From NCBI GenBank assembly GCA_964625145.1, contig CAZVAQ010000004.1, forward strand, positions 1-54,354: a DNA stretch of 54,354 nucleotides. The letters are read 5' to 3'. Below, in pieces: positions 1 to 9,898 of the stretch. The translations under genes and the position numbers were made by a program. This DNA comes from an uncultured Candidatus Sumerlaeota bacterium. GTDB taxonomy: Bacteria > Sumerlaeota > Sumerlaeia > SLMS01 > JAHLLQ01. The notes beneath the pieces were generated by a model. That model was not told the DNA's origin, did not search any database, and saw nothing but the letters and a program-made list of their open reading frames with translations. Numbering within the stretch: position 1 is the first letter of the stretch; the number at the start of each line of letters is the position of its first letter.

Positions 1-958
1 CGAGCCAGGGCGGGCCAATGACGTCGCCGACGGCGTACACACCCTTGATGTTGGCGCGGTAATGCTCGTCGACTTTGATGTGATTTCTCTCAACCTGGAC
101 ACCAACTTCTTCCAGGCCAATGTTCTCGACGTTTCCTTGGACACCAACGGCCATGAGGCACTTCTCCGCCTCGGTAGTCTCCAGCTTGCCGTCCTTCCCC
201 TTCTTCCAGGTCACGACGACCCCCTTGCCCTTCTTCTCGACCTTGTCGACGAAGACGCCGGTGTTGAGGTCCACGCCGCGATGCTTGAGCGACTTGGCCA
301 CGACGCTGGACATCTCGCGATCCTCGATGGGGAGGATGGTGTCGCGTGCCTCGAAGACCGTCACCTTGGTGCCGAGCACGGCGTAGAAGTAGGCGAACTC
401 GATGCCGATGGCGCCGGCGCCGACGATGGCGAGCGACTCGGGCTGCTTTTCGAGCGACATGGCTTCCTTGCTGGTGATGATGACCTTGCGGTCGATCTCC
501 ACGCCGGGGAGCGAGCGCGGGCGTGCGCCGGTGGCGATGATGATGTGCTTGGCCTCGACGTCCTGGGTGCCGTCCTTCCCTTTCACGCGGACCTTGGTGG
601 GGGACAGCAGCTTGGCCTCGCCGTAGAGCGGCGTCACCTTGTTCTTCTTCATCAGGTAATCAATGCCGGAGGACATCTTGTCGGCGACTCCGCGACTGCG
701 CTGGACGATCTGCGGGAATTCGAAGCGGACGTTGTCCACCTTGATCCCCCATTCGTTGCCATTCTTGAGATGATCGATGAGTTCGGCATTCTTGAGCAGG
801 GCCTTGGTGGGAATGCAGCCCCAGTTGAGGCAGATGCCGCCGAGGCGGTCACGGTCGATGACGGCCGTCTTCGAACCTAGCTGCGCGGCGCGGATGGCAG
901 CGACGTAACCGCCGGGTCCGCCACCGATGACCACCACGTCGAACGAGGAGTTGGCCAT
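1..958 (-). CDS. lpdA: dihydrolipoyl dehydrogenase (E3), N-terminal ~319 codons; C-terminus lies beyond the window start
   Basis: Not in the ORF track because it is open at the window edge. My minus-strand translation from ATG 958-956 gives MANSSFDVVVIGGGPGGYVAAIRAAQLGSKTAVIDRDRLGGICLNWGCIPTKALL... This shows the FAD GxGxxG motif and the redox-active CLNWGC disulfide, and stays in frame to base 1 (...KGVYAVGDVIGPPWL). The + ORF 62..880 is its antisense shadow. Confidence 0.9.
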   Translation of the reverse strand, partial: MANSSFDVVVIGGGPGGYVAAIRAAQLGSKTAVIDRDRLGGICLNWGCIPTKALLKNAELIDHLKNGNEWGIKVDNVRFEFPQIVQRSRGVADKMSSGIDYLMKKNKVTPLYGEAKLLSPTKVRVKGKDGTQDVEAKHIIIATGARPRSLPGVEIDRKVIITSKEAMSLEKQPESLAIVGAGAIGIEFAYFYAVLGTKVTVFEARDTILPIEDREMSSVVAKSLKHRGVDLNTGVFVDKVEKKGKGVVVTWKKGKDGKLETTEAEKCLMAVGVQGNVENIGLEEVGVQVERNHIKVDEHYRANIKGVYAVGDVIGPPWL

Positions 959-1022
959 GGGGTAGAGGTCTCCTGGAGTATGGGAAATGCGGCGCGGGAG
1001 GGCTTCTGGCCATCGCGCCGCC

Positions 1023-1059
1023 AAGAAAAAGAGCGGACACCCCGCGGCGGGCGGGGGTC
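1023..1059 (-). terminator. possible intrinsic terminator after the membrane-protein gene
   Basis: Stem CCCCGC (1040-1045) pairs with GCGGGG (1051-1056) and is extendable by GAC/GTC. On the minus strand it is followed by ...CTCTTTTTCTT (complement of 1023-1030). The T-tract sits some distance from the stem. Confidence 0.35.
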
Positions 1060-1096
1060 AAGCGCTCCGTGGCGAGAATGCTGGCGGGGACCAGAC

Positions 1097-2212
1097 CTAT
1101 TCCCGACGCGGCGGTTCTTCGGGTGGGAAATCAGGCTGGGTTGGAGGTTGTTCGCCTTGGGGCATTGGCGGCATCGGGGCCGGTGGCCAAGAGGGTGGAT
1201 TGTAGGCTCCGGATGACGGATCGGATCCCTCCGGAGGTGGATAATAGCCCGTGAAGTCGGGCTGCTCAGGCGGCGTGGGCTGGCCCAGAAACTCCGGCAA
1301 TACCCGGTACTGGTCGCCGAATTGCTCGACGAAGCGAAGCGTGTAGCACCACATGAAGACGCTGATGGGTGCGGTGACCACGGCGAGGACATATTGCCCC
1401 ACGACCGGGATGCAGCCAACAATCAAGCAGACGAGCAGACATCCGACCATAATCATCACGCCGCCGCCGGCGATGGTGAGAACAAACAGGAAGAGCAGAT
1501 AGAGGATCGACGCCCCGATGTGCGATGCCATGACGCCAAAGGCTTCCATGGTCGCGGGGAGCACCTTAAGATTCTTGGCCGCCATGATCGGAATTCCAAA
1601 GTTTCGGATCACGATGTTGAGCAACCATAGAGGGAAGAGCACCAAGGCACCATAAACGAGAACGACACTCATTGCCGCCATGATCTCGGCAAATCCATAC
1701 TCCCCCAGCAAGACCGAGCGGAAGAAGGGCCAGCCAAGCACCAACAGGACATAGATCAGGGGAACGACCATCCACATGAACGTGATAAAGAGTTGGTACA
1801 GGAAGAAGGAGTTTCCCTGCTTGCTGGTGAGATTCCAAGCCTGGCCGAGCTTGAATTCGCTGCCCGAGAGCAGGTTGATGAGCATAAAGATGCCGCGGGA
1901 ATGAAGGAAGGAGGCGATCACCGCAGTCAGCAGGATGATCATGACGAGCGCGCCGATGATGATGCCGACGAGGGCGATGTTTTGGTCGACCCACTGGACA
2001 ATCTCCTCCGCAGGATTTCTCCCCGGACCTCCACCGGGGCCGCCCATGTTGAAGTTGAAGTTACCCCCGCCGCCGCCACTGCCACAGTTGATCATGAAGA
2101 GCGGTACGCCGAGTATGAGCCACTTGACATAGTCGAACGGCGCGAACAGCACCGCCACCATGTCCTTCCAAGCCAGTTCGAATGCCTTGATGGGTGATGG
2201 TGATTCGCTCAT
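1097..2212 (-). CDS. polytopic membrane protein of unknown function with a Gly-rich loop and Pro-rich C-terminal tail
   Basis: 371-aa ORF with several long hydrophobic segments. It has a GSGGGGGNFNFNMGGPGGGPG loop and a C-terminal tail PPEQPDFTGYYPPPEGSDPSSGAYNPPSWPPAPMPPMPQGEQPP. Same strand as, and 50 nt downstream of, the ABC exporter gene. No family recognised. Confidence 0.6.
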   Translation of the reverse strand: MSESPSPIKAFELAWKDMVAVLFAPFDYVKWLILGVPLFMINCGSGGGGGNFNFNMGGPGGGPGRNPAEEIVQWVDQNIALVGIIIGALVMIILLTAVIASFLHSRGIFMLINLLSGSEFKLGQAWNLTSKQGNSFFLYQLFITFMWMVVPLIYVLLVLGWPFFRSVLLGEYGFAEIMAAMSVVLVYGALVLFPLWLLNIVIRNFGIPIMAAKNLKVLPATMEAFGVMASHIGASILYLLFLFVLTIAGGGVMIMVGCLLVCLIVGCIPVVGQYVLAVVTAPISVFMWCYTLRFVEQFGDQYRVLPEFLGQPTPPEQPDFTGYYPPPEGSDPSSGAYNPPSWPPAPMPPMPQGEQPPTQPDFPPEEPPRRE

Positions 2213-2262
2213 TGGACGATGATCCTCGCGCTTGGAGATACGGACCTGATCACCCGCTTATT

Positions 2263-4377
2263 CTACGTGGCGCCGAAAATCATCCCTTCGTCGCCGGAAA
2301 TTGGTGTGGACCGCCTTTCATTGGCGGAACTTTCCGCGGGCTCCTCCCGATCGTCGTCGTTGGCGGGGCGCTTGGCGCGCTCCTCCTCGGCGCGGATCAG
2401 CTCCAGGTAGCGGCCGCTGCGGGCCAGCAACTCCTCGTGGGTGCCCTCTTCGACCACGCGACCCTCGTGCAGGACGATGATGCGGTCGGCATTGCGGATG
2501 GTGCTGAGCCGGTGGGCGATGACGATGGAGGTACGGTTCTCCATCAGGTGGTCGAGAGCCTCCTGCACGAGCTTCTCGCTCTCGTTGTCGAGTGCGCTGG
2601 TGGCCTCGTCGAGGATGAGGATCGGCGCGTTGCGCAGGATGGCGCGGGCAATGGCCAGACGCTGGCGCTGGCCGCCGGAGAGCTGGCCACCGCGCTCGCC
2701 AACCTCGGTGTCGTAGCCCTTCGGCATGCTCAAGATGAAATCGTGGGCATTGGCCGTGCGGGCTGCCTCCTCGATCTCCTCCATGGTGGCATCAAGACGC
2801 CCATAGGCGATGTTGTAGCGGATCGAGGCATCGAAGAGGATGGTCTCCTGGGTGACGATGGCGATCTGGCTGCGCAGGCTCTCGAAGGACAGGTTACGGA
2901 TGTCGTGCCCATCGATGAGGACGGATCCCGACGTGGGGTCGAAGAAGCGCGGGATCAGGCGGGCAATGGTCGTCTTGCCGGAGCCCGATGATCCCACGAG
3001 GGCGACGGACTCGCCCTTCCTGATGGTCAGGCTCATGTCCCGCAGGACATCGTCACCATCGGGATTATAGCGGAACGTGACATGGGAGAAGACGATGTCG
3101 GATTGGAACGGAGGCAGTTCGACGGGCTCCTCGGCTTCCTTGACGGTGGGGACGGCGTCGATGACCTCGAAGATGCGATCGCAACTGGCCAGGCCGCGCT
3201 GGATCTTGATCATGCCGTTGGATATGCCCTTGAGCGGCTTGTACAGGCGCATAAGGAGGAACAGATAGAGGATGAGGCTGGCCGCATCGATCTTCTGGCG
3301 ATCCACCACGAGCCATGCACCGATGATCAGCACCGCGCCCATGGAGGCCATGGTCAGCACATCCACGATGACGGGGGCGGCCAGGGACAGTCGGGAACGG
3401 CGAATCTGGCGACGCAGTTGCTCACGCGCCACCTTCTTGAAGCGGCTCGATTCATGGCGTTCCGAGCCGAACGCCTTGACGATCATCATGCCCTGCAGGG
3501 TCTCCTGCATCACGTCCACCAGGTACGCATCCTCCTCCGCGTCGCGGCGGCTGAGGCTGCGCAACCGGCGGCTGAGCAGCACGATCGGGAAGATGATGGA
3601 CGGCAAACCAATGGCCGTGACCAACGTGATCTCCGGGCTGATGATGGTCAGCACGAGCAGGAGCGAGACGATCTCGAAGGGCACGAGAACGGATTGCGTG
3701 AGCAGGGCCTCGAAGACGCTGCGGATCTTGACGGCGTCGGCACTCAATCGAGAGATCAGGTTGCCCGAAGTCTGAGTCTGGAATGCCACCATGTCCAGGT
3801 CGAGACACCCCTTGTAGAGGTCCACCTTCATCTTCTGCAGGGCGGAGAAGATGGCCTTCGCCATCTCGTATCGCGCGAAGTAGAGAATCACGCTCTTGAT
3901 GACCTGCATGAGGAACAGGAACCCGACGATCCAGTAGATCGCCGTGCTCTTCCTTTCCAGCAGGAAGCTATAGACCGCCCCATAGACCTTGTTCTTCGTG
4001 GCATCCAGCCATAGGCCGGCGGCCTCCATGGAGGGCACGCGCAGGACCAGGCCGCCGAAAGGCGATCCGGTGTCGAGATCCACCACATCGCTGGACAGCT
4101 CCTGCAATTTTGCGGTCCGGCGCTGGTAGTCGTGCTCGTAACGGTCGACCTGGGCTTCGACCTCATCCGGGTCGATGACCATCTTCACGACGGGAATCAT
4201 CGGGAGGAGGCTGAAAGAACCGAGCAGGCTGCCGATGCAGGCGAAGATCGTCGCCAGGATCAGCGCACGCCGAAAAGGCCATGCGTACCTGAGGGTACGG
4301 AACAGCAGGTGCCGATTGGCAATAATCGACCGCTTTTCCTTCTTTGGCTTTTCTGCCGTGGATTCTTCTGAGGCCAT
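2263..4377 (-). CDS. ABC exporter, fused permease/ATPase half-transporter (MsbA/lipid-flippase type)
   Basis: 704-aa ORF. C-terminal NBD has Walker A GSSGSGKTT, signature LSGGQRQRLAIARA and Walker B ILILDEATSALD. N-terminal multi-TM exporter domain, with an unusually long polar segment after the first TM (DPDEVEAQVDRYEHDYQRRTAKLQELSSDVVDL...). Confidence 0.85.
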   Translation of the reverse strand: MASEESTAEKPKKEKRSIIANRHLLFRTLRYAWPFRRALILATIFACIGSLLGSFSLLPMIPVVKMVIDPDEVEAQVDRYEHDYQRRTAKLQELSSDVVDLDTGSPFGGLVLRVPSMEAAGLWLDATKNKVYGAVYSFLLERKSTAIYWIVGFLFLMQVIKSVILYFARYEMAKAIFSALQKMKVDLYKGCLDLDMVAFQTQTSGNLISRLSADAVKIRSVFEALLTQSVLVPFEIVSLLLVLTIISPEITLVTAIGLPSIIFPIVLLSRRLRSLSRRDAEEDAYLVDVMQETLQGMMIVKAFGSERHESSRFKKVAREQLRRQIRRSRLSLAAPVIVDVLTMASMGAVLIIGAWLVVDRQKIDAASLILYLFLLMRLYKPLKGISNGMIKIQRGLASCDRIFEVIDAVPTVKEAEEPVELPPFQSDIVFSHVTFRYNPDGDDVLRDMSLTIRKGESVALVGSSGSGKTTIARLIPRFFDPTSGSVLIDGHDIRNLSFESLRSQIAIVTQETILFDASIRYNIAYGRLDATMEEIEEAARTANAHDFILSMPKGYDTEVGERGGQLSGGQRQRLAIARAILRNAPILILDEATSALDNESEKLVQEALDHLMENRTSIVIAHRLSTIRNADRIIVLHEGRVVEEGTHEELLARSGRYLELIRAEEERAKRPANDDDREEPAESSANERRSTPISGDEGMIFGAT

Positions 4378-4606
4378 TCAGGATATCACTTTCAAAGCGA
4401 TCAGGGGAAAAAACACTTAGGGAGCGGACGTATAGGAAGCGGAAATCGGATCAATGAGATCCATTATCCGTATCACTCCGCGACTCCAGACCACCGGGGC
4501 GAGGCACGTCAACTGTGGAAAACTGCCTTGTGCGGGGCTTCCTGCCTCCCCACAATGTTCAACTTTCGGGCCAACCTGTCCCGACCCCCCTGCGGAGCCA
4601 TCGCCG

Positions 4607-6604
4607 ATGCGCCTGACTGTACTTGGAATTCCAGCCCTGATTGCCGGCCTCTCCTGCCTGCCCCTGAATGCCCAGGAACCCGAATCGCCACCGATGACCC
4701 GCCAGCAGATCGGAAATCTGGTTATCGAGGGCATCCCCGCGATCCCCGGTGAGTTGGCCGATCGCATGAATCAATATCAGAACGTTCGCGCGGCGGGTTT
4801 TGCCGATTGGTTTCCGAACAATGGAGGCTTGCTGATTGCCACCCGTTTTGGCAATACGGCGCAGCTCCACCAGGTTGAGAAGCCCCTGGGGATGCGTTCC
4901 CAGCTTACGTTCTTTGATGACCCGGTGGCCTATGGCGAGTTTGGTCCCGCAGGAGCCGAGAACCTGATCCTGTTCACAAAGGATACCGCCGGCAACGAAG
5001 TCGACCAGATCCACGTGTTCGACATTAGCACCGGCCTCAGCCGCATGATCAGCGATGGCACCTCGGTGCATCGCGGAGTGGCCTGGGCGAACCAATCGCC
5101 TCTCATCGCCTATTCCAATAACGCGCGCAACGGCCGCGATTGGGACATCTACACCCAGTCGGTGTTCGAGGGGCCGGAGACGCGCAAGATGGTCTTTGAA
5201 GGTGAAGGTTCATGGTGGGTCGCCGATTGGGATGTGGCAGACGCGAAGTTGTTGATCGGCAATTATATCTCCGCCAGCGAGAGCTCGCTCCATATTCTCG
5301 ACCTCGCCAGCGGGGCAACGACCCAGGTGCATGCCGACATCACCGAGCCGGTCTCGTATGGCTCGGCGGCCTTCTCACGGGACAGCGATGGCTTGTTTTA
5401 TACCTCGGATCATCGCCGCCAGTTCAAGGGGCTGTTTTACTACGATCCCGTCCACAACGTCTCCAAGCCGTTGATGGAAGACATCGCGTGGGACGTCGAG
5501 GCCTTTGACATGAGCAAGGACGGCCGCCTGATGGCGCTGTCCGTGAATGAGGACGGCCTGAGCACCGTCTATCTCTTGAATCTCAAGACATTGGAGAAGG
5601 AACGTCTCGGGATTCCTCCGGGCATTGTGCGCGGTCTGAACATTCGCGACGACGGCGAGCGTATCGGCTTCTCCCTGTATCAATCGACGGGCCCCGGCGA
5701 CGTGTATGTCTGGAAGCGCGCCGAGCGGGAGTTGGTTCGCTGGACGCGTTCGGAAGTGGGCGGCCTCCCCGTTGAGAAGTTCATTGGGTCGGAGCTGATC
5801 CATTATCCCACGTTCGACAACGACAGCGATGGAAAGCGGCGGACAATTCCCGCCTTTGTCCAGAAGCCCCGCACGCCCGGTCCGTGGCCGGTGCTGATCG
5901 AGATTCACGGCGGCCCCGAAAGCCAGGCCCGCCCGTATTTTGGCAGCTTCCACCAGTTCCTCCTCAACGAGCTGGGCATTGCCATCATCCAGCCCAATGT
6001 CCGCGGCTCGACAGGATATGGCCGGGACTTCCACCGCCTCGACGATGGCAAGCTGCGCGAAGACAGCGTGAAGGACATCGGCGCGCTGCTGGGGTGGATC
6101 GAGGGCCAACCGGATTTTGACGCCTCGCGTGTGGTCGTGAGCGGCGGATCCTATGGCGGCTACATGGTCTATGCGACCATGGCAATGTTTCCGGAGAAGA
6201 TCGCCGGCGGCATCAGCAGCGTCGGCATCTCGAACTTCGTGACGTTCCTGGAATCCACCAGCGAATACCGCCGCGACCTGCGGCGCAGCGAGTATGGCGA
6301 CGAGCGCGACCCGGAAATGCGCGCGTTCCTCGAGAGCATCTCCCCCACCACCAACGCGGACAGGATCGTCAAACCGTTGTTCGTGAAGCAGGGTAAGAAC
6401 GATCCACGCGTTCCGTACATGGAGGCGGAGCAGATCGTCGAGGCCGCCCGTCAGAATGGCCAGGACGTCTGGTATCTGCTGGCGCTGGACGAAGGACATG
6501 GTTTCGCCCGCAAGGAGAACAGGGATTATTCGCAGGCGGCGACAGTGTTGTTTCTGCAGAAGGTATTGGGACTGGATTCGTCAGCGACCGCGGAGAGCAA
6601 TTGA
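4607..6604 (+). CDS. S9 family serine peptidase (prolyl oligopeptidase / acylaminoacyl-peptidase type), secreted
   Basis: Track ORF 4454..6604. Preferred start is ATG 4607, which gives the signal peptide MRLTVLGIPALIAGLSCLPLNAQEP. C-terminal alpha/beta hydrolase domain has nucleophile elbow GGSYGGY, then GKNDPRV and DEGHGF (Asp/His of the triad). N-terminal propeller-like region. Confidence 0.85.
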   Translation: MRLTVLGIPALIAGLSCLPLNAQEPESPPMTRQQIGNLVIEGIPAIPGELADRMNQYQNVRAAGFADWFPNNGGLLIATRFGNTAQLHQVEKPLGMRSQLTFFDDPVAYGEFGPAGAENLILFTKDTAGNEVDQIHVFDISTGLSRMISDGTSVHRGVAWANQSPLIAYSNNARNGRDWDIYTQSVFEGPETRKMVFEGEGSWWVADWDVADAKLLIGNYISASESSLHILDLASGATTQVHADITEPVSYGSAAFSRDSDGLFYTSDHRRQFKGLFYYDPVHNVSKPLMEDIAWDVEAFDMSKDGRLMALSVNEDGLSTVYLLNLKTLEKERLGIPPGIVRGLNIRDDGERIGFSLYQSTGPGDVYVWKRAERELVRWTRSEVGGLPVEKFIGSELIHYPTFDNDSDGKRRTIPAFVQKPRTPGPWPVLIEIHGGPESQARPYFGSFHQFLLNELGIAIIQPNVRGSTGYGRDFHRLDDGKLREDSVKDIGALLGWIEGQPDFDASRVVVSGGSYGGYMVYATMAMFPEKIAGGISSVGISNFVTFLESTSEYRRDLRRSEYGDERDPEMRAFLESISPTTNADRIVKPLFVKQGKNDPRVPYMEAEQIVEAARQNGQDVWYLLALDEGHGFARKENRDYSQAATVLFLQKVLGLDSSATAESN

Positions 6605-7086
6605 GCGACGTGACAAGACTTCAGATCAACACGCTCAGGATCATCGGCATCCTGGGCGTACTCGCTTGGGGATTGACCATCTGGTGGATCAACGGATCTC
6701 CCGCTGAGAACCTTCCCAAGATGGGTTGGTCATCGCTGATCCCCCACTTTGACAAGGTGGTGCACTTTGGCCTGTACGGGATTCTCGCGGGATTCGCCTG
6801 GTTGGCCCTTGGCGTGGGTTGCCAGCCGGGAAGCCGCTTGTGGCTTGTTGGTGGCGGCATCGCCATCGCCTTGGCGACGGCGCTTGGAGCGACCGATGAG
6901 TGGCGCCAAAGGCTGGTTTCCGGCCGTTCGGCTTCGTGGGAGGATTGGTTCGCCGACCTGTCAGGAGCAATCGTCGCCGTTTTGGTCCTGTCCGCGTTGC
7001 ATTGGTGGTGGATGCGACGAAGCGAACGCGACAACGCGGCAATCCTTGCCAAAGACGAAGAGCGGGAGGTCTGCCCCGGCGTGTAA
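6601..7086 (+). CDS. VanZ-like family membrane protein
   Basis: 161-aa ORF with 4 hydrophobic helices. VanZ-type pattern: DKVVHFGLYGILAG ... TDEWRQ ... SWEDWFADLSGA. The TTG start overlaps the peptidase stop (TTGA). In-frame GTG 6610 is an alternative start. Confidence 0.6.
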   Translation: MSDVTRLQINTLRIIGILGVLAWGLTIWWINGSPAENLPKMGWSSLIPHFDKVVHFGLYGILAGFAWLALGVGCQPGSRLWLVGGGIAIALATALGATDEWRQRLVSGRSASWEDWFADLSGAIVAVLVLSALHWWWMRRSERDNAAILAKDEEREVCPGV

Positions 7087-7142
7087 CGCGAAGGGCTTGC
7101 CTCCCGCAATTTGCACTCGCCGCATCTGCCGATTACTGCCGG

Positions 7143-8015
7143 TCAGATCCTCACACCGTCCTCATGGGTGAGGGCGCGGAACTTTTCGAGGAGCTTGAGG
7201 GTGATCGGGCCGGGCTTGCCGGATCCGATGACTCGACCGTCGACCTTGACGACGGAGATCAGCTCCGCGGCCGTGCCCGTCAGGAACATCTCATCGGCGG
7301 TGTAGACCTCGTAGAGCGTGAACGGTTCCTCCCTCACGGGAAGGCCCATCCCCTTGGCGATGTCGACGACCGCGTCGCGGGTAATGCCGCGCAGGGCGCT
7401 CATGTAGACGGGCGGCGTGAAGAGCTCGCCCTTCTTGATCAGGAAGACGTTGTCGCCGGTGGCCTCGACGACGAAGCCGTCCTGGTTGAGCATCAGGGCC
7501 TCGAGGGCATTCCCCATGCGGGCGTTGATCTTGGCCATGATGTTGTTCAGGTAGTTTAGGCTCTTGGTGCGGCCGGAGTACGTATCGGGTGGGACGCGCC
7601 GGGTCGCGGCGGTGATGATGTCGAGTCCCTTGGTGTAGAACTCCTCCGGGTACATCTGGATCCTGGAGGCAATGCAGAAGATGGTCGGCTTCGGACAAAG
7701 CCACGGAGCCAGCCCCAGATCGCCCTCTCCGCGCGTGACGACCAGGCGGATGTAGCCATCGCGCAGGTTGTTGCGCCGGCAGGTCTCGCAGACGACCTGG
7801 GTCATTTCCTCGCGCGAGATGGGGATATCCAGCATGATGGAGCGGGCGGAATCCCACAAGCGCTCCAGGTGCTGCTCCAGACGGAAGACATTGCCCCCAT
7901 AAAGGCGGATGCCCTCAAATACGCCGTCGCCGTAGAGTACTGCGTGGTCAAAGACGCTGATCTTGGCATCCTTCTTGGCCACATACTCTCCGTCGATGTA
8001 GATGATGGGATCCAT
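7143..8015 (-). CDS. ilvE: branched-chain amino acid aminotransferase (fold type IV PLP enzyme)
   Basis: 290-aa ORF. MDPIIYIDGEYVAKKDAKISVFDHAVLYGDGVFEGIRLY...RLEQHLERLWDSA... is typical of class IV aminotransferases. Confidence 0.85.
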   Translation of the reverse strand: MDPIIYIDGEYVAKKDAKISVFDHAVLYGDGVFEGIRLYGGNVFRLEQHLERLWDSARSIMLDIPISREEMTQVVCETCRRNNLRDGYIRLVVTRGEGDLGLAPWLCPKPTIFCIASRIQMYPEEFYTKGLDIITAATRRVPPDTYSGRTKSLNYLNNIMAKINARMGNALEALMLNQDGFVVEATGDNVFLIKKGELFTPPVYMSALRGITRDAVVDIAKGMGLPVREEPFTLYEVYTADEMFLTGTAAELISVVKVDGRVIGSGKPGPITLKLLEKFRALTHEDGVRI

Positions 8016-8038
8016 GGTGGGGTTCCTTCAGTCAGGTT

Positions 8039-9586
8039 TTGCCGCATCCCCCAATATCGGGGAGCGGAAACACTTTTGGAGGCCGCCGGGTGGATCAACA
8101 GGAACAAGTGCAGCAGGGGGAACAGTCTGCAGGATATCCGCCCGAACAGGGGGAGCCGGCCCGGGAGCTGCTCCCTGAGTCGCCCCGGCATGATGACCTG
8201 CGGGGCCATGTGTTGGAGCTGTTGGCGCGATGCACGACGACCGCCGCGCCGCCGGACGCTTTGATCGCCCGCTACTTCCGGCTGCGGGGGGAGCTGCCAC
8301 CATCGGTGCGCGGGTTCATCGCCGCCACGATCTATGCCCTGCTGCGCCGCCGCGTGCGAACCCTGCTACTGTGGCAATGGATGGGGAGGGCCGAGCCGCG
8401 CATCGAGTGGGACGGTTCCGGCCGGATCGAAACCAGTGGCATGGCACCGGGAGAGGAGGCCGCCCTGGGTCTGGTGCGGTGGATGATCGAGGATCTGGGC
8501 GCCGCGGCGGAAAAGGCCATCGAGCTGACCCGGCGGGCCATCGCCGCCATCAAGGACCGCACGCTGCCGAAGAACGAATCGCCAGTCCCCAATTTGGGGA
8601 AGCCGATGCGTTTGGTTGCCGAGTTTGCCAAAGCCCTGGAAAGCGGTGAGGGATTGGCTCATGCCCCCGGGAATGTCCAACGTGCGGCGGAGGTGTCCCT
8701 GCCGGTCGACCTGTTCGATCGATGGCGTTCGCAGTTGGGGGATGAGGAAGCCATGAAGCTGGCCCGTTCCCTTGGCGAGACGGCGCCTCTGGACCTGCGG
8801 GTCAATACCCTGCGGACCACGCGCGATGAGTGCCTCGCCCGGTTGACCAAGGATCGGCTCGATCCGGAGCCCAGTCGCCTGGCGCCGGACGGGTTGCGCA
8901 TCGGACGGAAGATGAACCTGTTTCGCCACGACATCTTCGAGCAGGGCTGGTTCGAAGTGCAGGACGAGGGGAGCCAACTTGTGGCCTGCGCGGTGGATCC
9001 GCATCCGAACTGGCGTGTGCTGGATGCCTGTGCGGGCGGAGGTGGGAAGACGCTGCATCTGGCGGCATTGATGCGGAACAAGGGAGAAGTCTTTGCCCAC
9101 GACAAGGACATCCAGCGGCTGGAAGGCCTGCGCAAGCGGCTGAAGCGCGCGGGCGTCAACAATGTGCGGCTGCTGAATCCCGGAACTGCCGCGGAGCGCG
9201 CGCCCTACGACGCAGTGCTGATCGATGCGCCTTGTCTGGGCCTCGGCACCCTGCGCCGGAATCCGGACTTTGCCTGGCGTGGCAGGATGAGCGAACGGCT
9301 ACAGGAGATCACCACCCTGCAGCGCGAGTGCCTGGAGGCATACGCACCTCTGGTCAAGCCGGGGGGCGTGTTGGTCTATGCGACATGCAGCTTCGAACCG
9401 GAGGAAACAGAACAGCTCCTGTCGGTGGAGCGCATGACGGAGCTGGGCTTTGAGCCGGACGGCCTCGGGCAGCCATTCGCGAAGACGGGCGTCCCGCTGC
9501 ATGCCACCGGCCACACGCTGACGCTCCTCCCTCACCGCGACGGGACGGACGGGTTTTGGCTGGCACGATTCCGCCGGCGGCAATAA
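8039..9586 (+). CDS. rsmB: 16S rRNA m5C methyltransferase, RsmB/Sun (NOL1/NOP2/Sun) family
   Basis: SAM-binding DACAGGGGKT, catalytic-Cys motifs DAVLIDAPCLGLGTLRRNPD and LVYATCSFEPEE. The start is uncertain: track TTG 8039, with in-frame GTGs down to 8210 also possible. Confidence 0.8.
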   Translation: MPHPPISGSGNTFGGRRVDQQEQVQQGEQSAGYPPEQGEPARELLPESPRHDDLRGHVLELLARCTTTAAPPDALIARYFRLRGELPPSVRGFIAATIYALLRRRVRTLLLWQWMGRAEPRIEWDGSGRIETSGMAPGEEAALGLVRWMIEDLGAAAEKAIELTRRAIAAIKDRTLPKNESPVPNLGKPMRLVAEFAKALESGEGLAHAPGNVQRAAEVSLPVDLFDRWRSQLGDEEAMKLARSLGETAPLDLRVNTLRTTRDECLARLTKDRLDPEPSRLAPDGLRIGRKMNLFRHDIFEQGWFEVQDEGSQLVACAVDPHPNWRVLDACAGGGGKTLHLAALMRNKGEVFAHDKDIQRLEGLRKRLKRAGVNNVRLLNPGTAAERAPYDAVLIDAPCLGLGTLRRNPDFAWRGRMSERLQEITTLQRECLEAYAPLVKPGGVLVYATCSFEPEETEQLLSVERMTELGFEPDGLGQPFAKTGVPLHATGHTLTLLPHRDGTDGFWLARFRRRQ

Positions 9587-9653
9587 AGCCAGCCCGGGTG
9601 TGCTCATTACCTTTGCCAACCGCGCGACCGTGGCCACAGATAAGCCCTGCCGT

Positions 9654-9741
9654 GCCGGGATGGCGAAACTGGCAGACGCATGGGACTTAAAATCCCAGGA
9701 TGCTTGGCATCATGCGGGTTCGAGCCCCGCTCCCGGCACCA
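9654..9741 (+). tRNA. tRNA-Leu (anticodon UAA), CCA encoded
   Basis: Hand-folded cloverleaf. Acceptor GCCGGGA/TCCCGGC. Anticodon stem TGGGA/TCCCA with loop CTTAAAA. Long variable arm GATGC-TTG-GCATC. T-arm GCGGG-TTCGAGC-CCCGC. Discriminator A followed by CCA. Confidence 0.9.
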
Positions 9742-9847
9742 CCAGACCTGATCATCACACACACCGAAGAAGCAAGACGGCGCCCTGTTGCGGTTGCGAC
9801 CGCCTGGCGGCGTGCAGCATCCTTACACGACTTGATTCAATCAATGG

Positions 9848-9883
9848 CCGGCGGTGCTCACGATGAGGGCACGCCGGTTTTTT
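9848..9883 (+). terminator. rho-independent terminator downstream of tRNA-Leu
   Basis: CCGGCG(G)TGC ... GCACGCCGG stem followed by TTTTTT (9878-9883). Confidence 0.55.
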
Positions 9884-9898
9884 CCGAAAGAGCACCCC

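Noticed and set aside
62-880. 272-aa + strand ORF at the window start
   Set aside because: It is an antisense shadow of lpdA. The minus strand gives an unmistakable dihydrolipoyl dehydrogenase translation, whereas this ORF is a low-complexity L/D/A/G-rich string typical of GC-rich antisense frames.
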